From Longimicrobiales bacterium (lineage in GTDB: Bacteria; Gemmatimonadota; Gemmatimonadetes; Longimicrobiales; Gaopeijiaceae), in the NCBI GenBank assembly GCA_963664435.2, contig CAXXKM010000001.1, forward strand, positions 1,056,001 to 1,120,000: a stretch of 64,000 bases of DNA, read 5' to 3'. The translations under genes and the position numbers were made by a program. Below, piece by piece: positions 19,984-29,358 of the stretch. Position 1 is the stretch's first letter, and each line of letters begins with the position of its first letter. The notes under the pieces are model-generated. The model saw only the letters and a program-made list of their open reading frames with translations, made no database searches and was not told the DNA's origin.

Positions 19984-21279
19984 ATGCACCACCCAGGCCC
20001 GTCGCCCCGCATCCGCCGGGAGGACCGCGTCCTCGCCGAAGTGGAAGCCGCGCGCGACGAGATCGTGGCCTTCACGGCGGAGATGATCCGGATCCCCACG
20101 GTGAATCCGCCGGGCGCGTGCTACCGCGACTGCGCCGAGCTGATTGGCCGGCGGTTGCGCGCGACGGGCCTGGCGGTGGAGTACGTGGAGGCCGAGGGGC
20201 GCCCCGAACACACCGCCGACTACCCCAGGGTGAACGTGCTCGGGCGGGGACCGGCCGTTCCGGGACGCCGGCGGCTCCACCTGAACGGCCACTTCGACGT
20301 GGTTCCGCCGGGTGACGGCTGGACGGTCGACCCGTTCGCGGGCGTGGTGCGCGACGGGCGCATCTACGGGCGGGGCGCCTCGGACATGAAGTCGGGAATC
20401 GCCGCCGCCGTCTCCGCGGTCGAAGCTCTGCGGCGGGCCGGCACCGAACTCGAGGGAGCCATCGACATCAGCGCAACCGTCGACGAGGAGAGCGGCGGCT
20501 TCGCGGGCGTGGCGCACCTGTGCGAAGCCGGGATCATCTCGAGCGACCACACCAGCTACGCCATCATCCCCGAGCCGTTCGGGCCCACCCGCGTGTGCCT
20601 GGGACACCGGGGCGTCTACTGGTTCGACGTCATCGCGCACGGGCGCGTGGCGCACGGCAGCATGAGCCATCTCGGGCGCAGCGCCATCGAGGACATGGGC
20701 GCCCTCCTGGAAGCCGTCCGGACCCGGCTCGTCCCCGAGCTCGCAACGCGCATTTCAGCGCTGCCCATCGTGCCGGAGCCCTCCCGGCGCCCTTCTCTCA
20801 ACGTCAACGCGATCGCCGGCGGCCAGGCCGGCGAGGGGACCCAGTCGCCCTGTGTGGCCGACCGCTGCGTCGCCACCTTCGACCGCCGCTTCATCCCCGA
20901 GGAGCCCTTCGAACAGGTCCGCGGCGAAATCGCGCGCCTGGTCGGATCGGTGAAGGACGACGACCCCGGACGCCGTTTCACCATCGAGGAGCTCATGGTG
21001 GTCCACCCGACCGCCGCGCCGCCCGGATCGCCGCTCGTGGCCGCCGTGAGCCGCGCGGTGGAAACGGTAGGCGGCCGCCCCGCGGAGCTCGTGGCCAGTC
21101 CCGGCACCTACGACCAGAAGCACTTCGCCCGCATCGCCGGCATCGAGCACTGCGTCGCCTACGGGCCGGGGCCGCTCGAGGAGGCCCACCAGCCGGACGA
21201 ATCCTGCTCCGTCGACGACCTCGTGGCGAGCACGCAGGTGCTGGCGCTGGCGGCGCTGGAGCTCGTGGGCTCCGGGTAG
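19984..21279 (+). CDS. M20 ArgE/DapE-family deacylase
   Basis: LNGHFDVVP, GRGASDMKSG, DEESGG, EAHQPDE. Confidence 0.9.
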   Translation: MHHPGPSPRIRREDRVLAEVEAARDEIVAFTAEMIRIPTVNPPGACYRDCAELIGRRLRATGLAVEYVEAEGRPEHTADYPRVNVLGRGPAVPGRRRLHLNGHFDVVPPGDGWTVDPFAGVVRDGRIYGRGASDMKSGIAAAVSAVEALRRAGTELEGAIDISATVDEESGGFAGVAHLCEAGIISSDHTSYAIIPEPFGPTRVCLGHRGVYWFDVIAHGRVAHGSMSHLGRSAIEDMGALLEAVRTRLVPELATRISALPIVPEPSRRPSLNVNAIAGGQAGEGTQSPCVADRCVATFDRRFIPEEPFEQVRGEIARLVGSVKDDDPGRRFTIEELMVVHPTAAPPGSPLVAAVSRAVETVGGRPAELVASPGTYDQKHFARIAGIEHCVAYGPGPLEEAHQPDESCSVDDLVASTQVLALAALELVGSG

Positions 21280-22056
21280 GCCGCTCGTCGTCCGAGGGGG
21301 GTCAGCCTGGTTCCCGGGCTCGCTCCTCCCACTGCTGCAGCAGCGGTCGGATCGGGCTCAGAATGTGGGCGGATTGAGCCGGAGTTGATTCGCGTACGTC
21401 GGGAGCGATACCGGGGGAAGCCGTCCAGCGACAAAACGCGTCGCATCAGCTCCGCCTGACCCGAGATGCCCTGCTTGCGGAAGATCCGGTTGAGGTGCCA
21501 GCGGACGGTGCCTTCGCTGCGCCCCGTGCGCACGGCGATGTCGCGCACGCGTTCCCCGGCGGCCACCATCGTCGCCAACTGGCTCTCGGCGGGTGTGAGG
21601 CCCAGGGCCGCCCGCACGACTTCGACGTCGATCCTCGGCTGGCTTTCAGGGTCGGCGACCAACACGACGACGGCCACCTGCTGCGGCCCGGATTTTCCGC
21701 TGGTGCGCGGACACGGGGACGATATGGACCACCAGCCGGGTTGGAACCGACGATCGCGCGATGGTCATCGAGCCGGACGACCCGGGGCCGCCCGGGGAGG
21801 GAGCCGCGCGCGCCAGCAGTCGCTGCAGCTCCCTGTTGTCCCGCGACCCCGTGGCGCGCAGGAGGCCATCCACACCGCACAGACCCTCGTCGCGCCGCAG
21901 GAGCCGGCGCGCCCGATCGTTCGCCGCCACGATCCGCCCCTGCCGATTCAGCTGGATGACGCCGAAGCGGCTGCCCGCGAGCAGCGCGGAGCGCGAACTG
22001 CTCAGCGCGTGCCCGTACGCAGTGTCGCCTGAGTCGGAGTCCTCGGCTTGGGTCAT
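21159..22056 (-). pseudogene. PAS-like plus LuxR-type HTH regulator, frameshifted near 21680-21700
   Basis: ORF 21646..22065 (GVIQLNRQGRIVAANDRA) continues in another frame as GLTPAESQLA...RSEGTVRWHLNRIFRKQGISGQAEL. Confidence 0.7.
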
Positions 22057-22312
22057 AGCAGGCACCTCGCCCCACGGCAGGAGTGCGATCCTGCGGGCAG
22101 GGTCTCGAGGCCCCGCAGGGATGACATCGCCTTAAATCTAGCGAGATTAGTATGTCCAACGTGTGTTCAAATGTGCTATTATCATGTTGATATCATGATA
22201 CATGGGTAATTTTATCACGAATGCCCCGGACCGGCACCCAACCGCAAACCCGGAATCGCCGCCGGACCAGCGCCGCGCGGGTGGCGGTGCATGAGCAGGG
22301 AAGGGAGAGCCC

Positions 22313-24646
22313 GTGGCCGACGTCAACGAACTCAGACGCCAGAACAGGGCATTGCGGGACCGGTTCGTTCGGCTGAGCAGCGCCGTCCTGCGCATCAACT
22401 CAAGCCTCGACCTGGCCATCGTGCTGCAGGAGGTCGTCGACAGCGCCCGCGCGCTGACCGCCGCCCGCCTGGGCGTAATTACGACGATCGACAAGCAGGG
22501 GCAGCTTCGGGACTTCCTGACCTCCGGCTTCGCCCTCGACAAGCAGCGGACGATGACGGCGTGGCCCGACGGGCTGCGGCTCTTCGAGCATCTTCGGGAC
22601 CATCGGGAGCCATTTCGGCTCTCGGATTTCCCCGGTCACCTCAGGTCGCGCGGCTTCCGCCCTGCTCCGTGGGTCCCGAGAACGATGCAGGGAGCTCCGA
22701 TGTACCACCGGGGCGAACATCTCGGTCACTTCTTCCTCGGAGAGAAGGAGGACGGCGAGGCGTTCACGGCTGACGACGAGGAGATCCTGACCCTCTTCGC
22801 CTCGCAGGCGGCCACGGCGATCGCGAACGCTCGCGCGCACCGTGAGGTCGAGCGGGCGCGCGCCGACCTGGAGGCCCTCGTGGAAACCGCGCCGGTGGGT
22901 GTAGTGGTGTTCGACGCCAGGACGGGTCGTATGGTGTCGGTCAACCGGGACGTGGAGCGGATCGTCGAGGGTATCCGTACTCCCGGCTGTCCGCTGGAGC
23001 AGCTTCTGGAAGTGATGACGTGCCGGTACGGGGATGGACGGGAGTTCTCCCTCGCAGAGCTCTCCCTGGCCGCGCAGTTCGAGACCGACACCGCGGTGCG
23101 TGCCGAGAAGATCGAGCTCTCGGTGCCCGACGGCCGGCGCGTCCGCACGCTCATCAACGCGACACCGATCCTTGCCGAGTCGGGGGAGGTCGTCTCGGTA
23201 GTTGTGACCATGCAGGACCTGGCACCGCTCGACGAACTGGGACGGCAGCGGGCGGAGTTCCTCCGCATGGTAGGCCACGAGCTCCGTGCCCCGCTCACGT
23301 CCATCAAGGGTTCGGCCGCAACCGTTCTCGAGGCCTCTCCGGTTCCGTCCCGGGCCGAGATGCTCCAGTTCTTTCGCCTCATCAACGGCCAGGCCAACCA
23401 CATGAGGGGCCTCATCGCCAACCTGCTTGACGCGGGGAGCATAGAGGCAGGCACGCTCACCGTGGCACCCGAGCCCTCCAACGTGGCCTCGCTCGTGGAC
23501 CAGGCCCGGACGACCTTCCTGAGCGGCGGCGGCCGGCACCCCGTCCTCATCGACCTCCCGCCGGACCTTCCGTGGGCGATGGCCGACCCCGAGCGAATCG
23601 TACAGGTGCTCATCAACCTCTTCTCCAACGCGGGGCGCCACGCCCCGGAGTCGTCTCCGATCCAGGTGGGGGCGGTGCGCGACGGCACGCACCTCGCAGT
23701 CTCGGTCTCGGACCAGGGACGGGGGATTGCACCCGAGCAGCTCCCGCACCTCTTCCGGAAGCGCGTCGACCTTGCGGGAGGCCCCGGGCTGGACCTGACG
23801 ATCTGCAAGGTCCTCGTGGAAGCACATGGCGGACGTATTCGCGCCGAGAGCGAAGGCCCCGGGCTGGGCGCGCGCTTCACCTTTACCCTCCCCGTGGCCG
23901 TCGAGCCCGCGGTCGCTTCCCCGCAGAGCCACAGGCAACTGACCTCTGAAGGGCACGAGCCCACGCGCGTACTCGTGGTCGACGACGACCCGCTGACGCT
24001 GCGCCTTGTGCGCGACGCTCTCGCGACGGCGGGTTACGCTTCGGTGATGACGGGTGACCCGCAGGAGCTGTCGCGCCTGATCCGGACCGAGCAGCCCGAG
24101 CTTGTCGTCCTTGACCTGATGCTGCCCGGCACGGACGGCATCGAATTGATGGAGCGGATCCCGGAGCTCGCAGACCTGCCGGTCATCATCATCTCCGGCT
24201 ACCGCGGGGACGAAACCATCGCGAAGGCGCTGGAACTCGGCGCGGCCGACTACATCGTCAAGCCTTTTTCGGCAACGGAGCTGGTGGCCAGGGTACGGGC
24301 GGCGCTGCGACGGCAGACCGTGCCCGAGTCGTTCGAGTTGGACGAGCTCCGCATCCACTACGGCCAGCACCGGGTGACCCTGGCGGGTCGCGCGGTGAAG
24401 GTGACGGCCACGGAGTACATGGTGCTGCGCGTGCTCGCGCGCAACGCGGGGCGGGTGACGACCTACGCGATGCTGCTGCGCCAGGTGTGGGGTCGGCGCG
24501 GCGGAGGCAACCTGGGGCCGGTGCGCACGATCGTGAAAAAGCTCCGCAAGAAGCTCGGCGACGACGCGGCCGAGCCAGCCTACATCCTCACGCAGCGCGG
24601 CGTCGGCTACCGCATGCCCGGGCCGGGCACCCGGGAAACCCGCTGA
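22313..24646 (+). CDS. Hybrid sensor: GAF-PAS-HisKA-HATPase-REC-winged helix (OmpR-type output)
   Basis: VGHELRAPLTSIKG, QVLINLFSNA, SDQGRGI, VLVVDDD/LDLMLP/YIVKPF, YILTQRGVGYRM. Confidence 0.9.
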   Translation: MADVNELRRQNRALRDRFVRLSSAVLRINSSLDLAIVLQEVVDSARALTAARLGVITTIDKQGQLRDFLTSGFALDKQRTMTAWPDGLRLFEHLRDHREPFRLSDFPGHLRSRGFRPAPWVPRTMQGAPMYHRGEHLGHFFLGEKEDGEAFTADDEEILTLFASQAATAIANARAHREVERARADLEALVETAPVGVVVFDARTGRMVSVNRDVERIVEGIRTPGCPLEQLLEVMTCRYGDGREFSLAELSLAAQFETDTAVRAEKIELSVPDGRRVRTLINATPILAESGEVVSVVVTMQDLAPLDELGRQRAEFLRMVGHELRAPLTSIKGSAATVLEASPVPSRAEMLQFFRLINGQANHMRGLIANLLDAGSIEAGTLTVAPEPSNVASLVDQARTTFLSGGGRHPVLIDLPPDLPWAMADPERIVQVLINLFSNAGRHAPESSPIQVGAVRDGTHLAVSVSDQGRGIAPEQLPHLFRKRVDLAGGPGLDLTICKVLVEAHGGRIRAESEGPGLGARFTFTLPVAVEPAVASPQSHRQLTSEGHEPTRVLVVDDDPLTLRLVRDALATAGYASVMTGDPQELSRLIRTEQPELVVLDLMLPGTDGIELMERIPELADLPVIIISGYRGDETIAKALELGAADYIVKPFSATELVARVRAALRRQTVPESFELDELRIHYGQHRVTLAGRAVKVTATEYMVLRVLARNAGRVTTYAMLLRQVWGRRGGGNLGPVRTIVKKLRKKLGDDAAEPAYILTQRGVGYRMPGPGTRETR

Positions 24647-24722
24647 GGCGCTGCCAGGCTAACCCGTCCTGACGGCCCTCCGCGCGCCGGCGACCGCGGA
24701 TTGCATCGCGTGCGCAAGCCCC

Positions 24723-24766
24723 GGTTGAGGCTCCGGCAGATCGCAAGCCCTGCCGGAGCCTCAACC
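24723..24766. terminator. Perfect 17-bp inverted repeat between convergent genes
   Basis: GGTTGAGGCTCCGGCAG (24723-24739), 10-nt loop, CTGCCGGAGCCTCAACC (24750-24766). Confidence 0.7.
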
Positions 24767-24776
24767 TTCCATCTCT

Positions 24777-27700
24777 TTACCGTAGCTTGATCCTTCCGCG
24801 GATACCCACCGAGTGCCGGGCTCCCTCGAGCCCGCTCTCGCGCCGCGTGCCTTCGAGGCGCAGCCCGACGCCCGCGCCGAGGTCGTAGCGTACGCCGCTC
24901 GAGAAGGCGCGCACCCCGCTCTCGCCGAGGTAGAAGCCGCTGTAGGGCGTTCCCTGGAAGCCGGCGATGCCGTAGGCCACCTCGCCGTCCACGTTGGGAC
25001 CCATGCCCAGGCCGTGGCCGCCCACCGCATCCGAGACCCCGCGCTCCCAGAGCTGGTTCACCCCGCTCGCGTGGTCGCCGTACGAAGACGCCACCCGGAT
25101 CTGCAGCCCCTGACCGCGGGCCGCAGGATCGAACATGAGCGTGCCGCCGAGACCCCATTCCTCGTAGCCGTCGCGCGCCGAGATCACGAACCGGCCGCGG
25201 CCCTCCGCGGTCACACCCAAGCGGGAGTTCGTATAGCGGAGTCCGCCGCCGACTTCCGCGCTGGTGCCGTTGATGGCGTCCCCGTCGTCGTAGCGCATTC
25301 CGCCCTCGAGCACGAACGCCATCTCGCTGTCGGTGTCCGTGCGGAAGTTCTGAGTCAACTCCAGGGCAAGCTTGCCGCGCTGCATCTCGAGCGTCACTTC
25401 CTCGATCTGCTCGCTGCCGTCGACCGTGACCTCGCCGTACCAGCCCTCGGCCTTGATGCGCACGCCGCCCGTGCCGCGCGTGAACAGCTGATAGCTGGCG
25501 CCTCCCGCCCCCGTAAGCATGCTCGCGGGGCTGGTGCGCAGCCCCTCGCGCTCGTCGTCTACCTCGATGTCGCCCCGGCCGAGCCCGGCCGAGCCCCACA
25601 CCGAGGCGCCGCCCGCCCCGGAAAACCAGGCCATGTAGGGATGCACGCTGGTCATGGTGGCGCCGTAGGTGCCCTTCACCGGACTGGCGCCGGTCTTGTC
25701 GGTGAAGTCGAAGCTGCCCGAGTTGTACGAGCCCGCGACACCCGCCAGGATGTCCGGCCCCACGCGCACGTCCAGGCCGGCGTGGGCGCTCACCATGTTG
25801 CCCTTCCAGTCGAGGGTGCTCTGGCCGGGTTCTCCGAGGTGGTGGTACTCGCCCGCGCCCCAGCTCCCCAGCTGCGTGCCCGTGGCGGACTGCTGCTGCG
25901 CGTCGGAGGCACCCAAGGGCATCTGGAATGAAGTGCCGCCGAAGAGGGCGGCCAGGCCGGCCTGGTCGCCCTGCGCGAGGCCGAGACCCCCCGCGTCCGG
26001 CGCGGACAGGCTCGCGGCCATCGACGAGAGCCCGTTCGTCTCCACGCGCCGCTGCATGCCCATCCCGCTGGCCACCGCGTCCACGCGGCGGGCGATCGCC
26101 GAGACCGTGCTCGATGTCATCGCCGCGGCCACATGCGGCAGGACCCGCGTGTTGAGCCGCCCCGCCCGCCCGACGGGGTCGTCGGTCTCGGCCGATGCGC
26201 TCACCGACGGCGCGCCGGCGCCCACCCGGTTGATCGCCGAGACGCGGTAGTGCCGCTCGCTCCCCGGCAGCAGGCCGGTGTGCGAGTACGTGGTGGCCCT
26301 GGACCCGGTGTTGACCACCAGATCCGTCCACGCGGCGCCGGTCTCCGAGACCTCGACGCGGTAGCCGATGACGGGGGCGCCGCCGTCGTAGGCGGGCGCG
26401 GCCCAGAACAGGTCGATCTGCGTGGGCGAGACATCGGTGGCGACCAGCCCGGTGGGCGCGTCGGGCACGGTCGCGTCGGTAATGGCGCTCGCCACCCGCG
26501 ACGCCCGGCCCTCGCCGATCCGGTTGATCGCCGAGACGCGGTAGTGGCGCCTGGTGGCCGGCTCGAGCCCCGTGTGCACGTAGGTCGTGCGCGTGTTGCG
26601 CGTGTTGGCCACCAGGTCCTCCCAGCGGACGCCGCCGTCTTCGGAGACCTCGATGCGGTAGCCGGTGATGCTCGCGCCCCCGTCTCTCGTGGGCGCGAGC
26701 CAGGAAAGCTCGATCTGCGAGGTGCCGCCGGCCTCCGCGTCGAGACTCCGGGGCGAGCCCGGCACGGTGGCTTCGGTCGTCGCGCGCGCGATGTTCGAAA
26801 ACGGCCCGGTCCCCGCGGTGTTGCTCGCGGCAACCCGGTAGTGCCGCGTGGTCGCGGGCTGGAGGTTCACGTCGGAGAACGTCGTCCCTCTGTTGTTGCG
26901 GCGGATGAGGTTCCAGGTCCTGCCCCCGTCGCCGGAGGCCTCGACCCGGTAGCCGAGAATCGGGGCGCCGCCGGTGTTGCGGGGCGCGCTCCACGACAGG
27001 TCGATGCGCGAGGTGCCTACCGCCCGGGCCGTCAGCCCGACCGGCGCCCCGGGGGCCTGGGCGTACGTGCTCGTGCTCGTCTCGAACGACCACTGGCCGG
27101 GTCCCACGCGGTTGATCGCCCTCACCTGGTACCGGTATGTGGTCGCCGGCTGGAGACCGGTGGTGTCCGTGAAGGTGGTCGCCGTCGAATTCGTGTTGGG
27201 CTGAATCGGGATCAACGTGCCATTTAGGGGGCCGCGCCGAATGGTGTAGCCGGTGATCCGCTCCCCGCCGTCGCTGTCCGGCGCCTCCCAGTTGAGGGTG
27301 ATGCTGGTCGGTCCCGTGGCCCGCGCGTGCAGGTCTTGAGGCTGGCCGGGCGGCGCTGCGCGGGTGGTGCCCCTGACCGGGCTCGAGTAGTTCCCCTGGC
27401 CCTGGGCGTTGAGCGCGGCCACCCGATAGAACCGGGTCGTGTTGGGGGCGAGGCCGGTGTGCAGGTAGGTGGTGGCCGTGCCGGTGGGGCCGGGTACGAG
27501 GATGACCCAGTCGGTGACGCCATTGGGGGATCTCCAGATCCGGTAGCCGGTGATCGGGCTCCCGCCGTCCGTGGACGGGGCCCTCCAGGTGAGTTGGATC
27601 TGAGTGCTCCCCCCCACCCCCAGGGGCGCAGTAGCCGTGAGGCTCGTGGGCGCGCCCGGAACGGTGAGATCGTCGGTGGTCGCGTGCGCGACGTTCGACC

Positions 27701-29255
27701 AGTCGCTCGTGCCCGCCGCGCTGATCGCCGCGACGCGGTAGTAGCGCGTGGTGGCGGGTGACAGACCGTCATCGATGTGCCTCGTCGTCGTCGAACCCGT
27801 GTTGGCCTCAAGAGTTCGCCATCTGCCAGTGCTCGTGCTCGACCACTCGATCCGGTAGCCGGTCACCGGGGACGTTCCACTGGACGATGGCCGCGTCCAG
27901 TCCAGCTCGATGGCCGATATCCCTCGGGCCTGGGCCGTCAATTGCCTGGGCGCATCCGGCACGTCCAGCGGGGTGATGTCGCCGTCGATGTTCGAGGGGG
28001 CTCCCGTGGCGAAGGAGTTGATCGCCGAGACCCGGTAGTAGCGGGTCTCGTTCGGCGTGAGGCTCGTGTCCTGGTAGGTCCTGAGCGTGTTGTCCGTGTT
28101 GGCCACGAGATCGCTCCATACGCCGGTTTCCGTGCTCGACCACTCGATCCGATACCCGGTGATCGCGCTGCTGCCGGGACTCAGCGGGGCGCTCCAGCTC
28201 AGCTCGATCGTCGAGGAACCGATGGCGGTCGCGGTCAGGGCACGGGGCGGCCCCGGCGGCGTGCCCGTTGACGTGGTGGCCATCTCCGCGGACGTCCAGG
28301 GCCCGAAGCCGATGGCGTTCCTCGCCCTGACCCGGTAATGGCGGGTCGTGCCCGTGGTAAGACTCCCGTGCTGGAACGAGGTCAGGCCCGTGGTCGTCAG
28401 CAGCGTCCACGGGGCGACGCCATTTGTCGACATTTCGACCTGATAGTCGATGATCGCGCTCGCGCCGATCGAGGCCGGTGCATCCCAGTCGAGGTCGATG
28501 ATGGTGGGCCCGGCGGCGGTCGCCGTCAGGTTGAGGGGTACTCCCGGTATCCCGGTCGCCGCCGTGGTGACGGTAACGAACTCCGGGGTTCCCGCGCCGC
28601 TGTTGTTCCACGCCGTCACCCGGAAAGTAGTGCGGACAACACCCACCGCCACCGGGCCCACATGGCTGGTCGCGGTGGCGAGCTTGTCCGCCAGCCGAGT
28701 CCAGGCGCCGCCGTCCCTGGACACGTCGATCTCGTAGCGGATGATCGAGCTGGCGCCAGTCGAGGTCGGTGTCTCCCACGCGAGGGTGACGATCGAGCCG
28801 ACGATGGTTGCCGTGAGATTGCGTGGTGGCGAAGGCGTCACCGTGCTCCCCGTGATGGTGATTCCCTCGGAATAGTTCGAGTAGTCTCCCGGCCCCAAAG
28901 TGTTTATCGCGGCGACGCGATAGAAGACAGGGGTGCCCTGAGGGGGATTTGTGTGCACGTAGGTGGTGACCGTGTTGGCAGTGTTGGTCACGACCTCTTC
29001 CCAATACGAGAGGGGAGTGTAGGTGATTTCGATCTTGTAGCCGGTGATCGGGAAGCTCCCAACGGGCAATGTCGGAGCTGTCCAGGTGAGATGGACCGTA
29101 GACCCGACGGCAGTCGCCGTCAGATTCTGCGGTGCCGGAGGTGTCTGAACCAACGGCATGCCCGCCGCCGCCGCGGGAACGCACGGAATCCAGCAGGCCA
29201 CCGCGGTGGCGACCATGAGGAAGCGGGCCGGCAGGCCCAGTCGGTTCCGAATCAT
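24777..29255 (-). CDS. Fibronectin type III repeat (10 domains) protein with autotransporter-like C-terminal barrel
   Basis: Signal peptide; ten P..P..LTA...W..P...G...ITGYRIE...YRVxAIN units; C-terminal beta-rich region (GLDVRVG, LEGGMRYDDGD). Confidence 0.85.
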   Translation of the reverse strand: MIRNRLGLPARFLMVATAVACWIPCVPAAAAGMPLVQTPPAPQNLTATAVGSTVHLTWTAPTLPVGSFPITGYKIEITYTPLSYWEEVVTNTANTVTTYVHTNPPQGTPVFYRVAAINTLGPGDYSNYSEGITITGSTVTPSPPRNLTATIVGSIVTLAWETPTSTGASSIIRYEIDVSRDGGAWTRLADKLATATSHVGPVAVGVVRTTFRVTAWNNSGAGTPEFVTVTTAATGIPGVPLNLTATAAGPTIIDLDWDAPASIGASAIIDYQVEMSTNGVAPWTLLTTTGLTSFQHGSLTTGTTRHYRVRARNAIGFGPWTSAEMATTSTGTPPGPPRALTATAIGSSTIELSWSAPLSPGSSAITGYRIEWSSTETGVWSDLVANTDNTLRTYQDTSLTPNETRYYRVSAINSFATGAPSNIDGDITPLDVPDAPRQLTAQARGISAIELDWTRPSSSGTSPVTGYRIEWSSTSTGRWRTLEANTGSTTTRHIDDGLSPATTRYYRVAAISAAGTSDWSNVAHATTDDLTVPGAPTSLTATAPLGVGGSTQIQLTWRAPSTDGGSPITGYRIWRSPNGVTDWVILVPGPTGTATTYLHTGLAPNTTRFYRVAALNAQGQGNYSSPVRGTTRAAPPGQPQDLHARATGPTSITLNWEAPDSDGGERITGYTIRRGPLNGTLIPIQPNTNSTATTFTDTTGLQPATTYRYQVRAINRVGPGQWSFETSTSTYAQAPGAPVGLTARAVGTSRIDLSWSAPRNTGGAPILGYRVEASGDGGRTWNLIRRNNRGTTFSDVNLQPATTRHYRVAASNTAGTGPFSNIARATTEATVPGSPRSLDAEAGGTSQIELSWLAPTRDGGASITGYRIEVSEDGGVRWEDLVANTRNTRTTYVHTGLEPATRRHYRVSAINRIGEGRASRVASAITDATVPDAPTGLVATDVSPTQIDLFWAAPAYDGGAPVIGYRVEVSETGAAWTDLVVNTGSRATTYSHTGLLPGSERHYRVSAINRVGAGAPSVSASAETDDPVGRAGRLNTRVLPHVAAAMTSSTVSAIARRVDAVASGMGMQRRVETNGLSSMAASLSAPDAGGLGLAQGDQAGLAALFGGTSFQMPLGASDAQQQSATGTQLGSWGAGEYHHLGEPGQSTLDWKGNMVSAHAGLDVRVGPDILAGVAGSYNSGSFDFTDKTGASPVKGTYGATMTSVHPYMAWFSGAGGASVWGSAGLGRGDIEVDDEREGLRTSPASMLTGAGGASYQLFTRGTGGVRIKAEGWYGEVTVDGSEQIEEVTLEMQRGKLALELTQNFRTDTDSEMAFVLEGGMRYDDGDAINGTSAEVGGGLRYTNSRLGVTAEGRGRFVISARDGYEEWGLGGTLMFDPAARGQGLQIRVASSYGDHASGVNQLWERGVSDAVGGHGLGMGPNVDGEVAYGIAGFQGTPYSGFYLGESGVRAFSSGVRYDLGAGVGLRLEGTRRESGLEGARHSVGIRGRIKLR

Positions 29256-29358
29256 CTTGCCGCCTCCTTCCGCGCGGTGGAAAAGACGTGTGCGCGTCTG
29301 TGTGTGAAATCCATCTCGATTGGTTGGCGAACCTTCGCCCCCGCCCCCCGTGGCGCCG

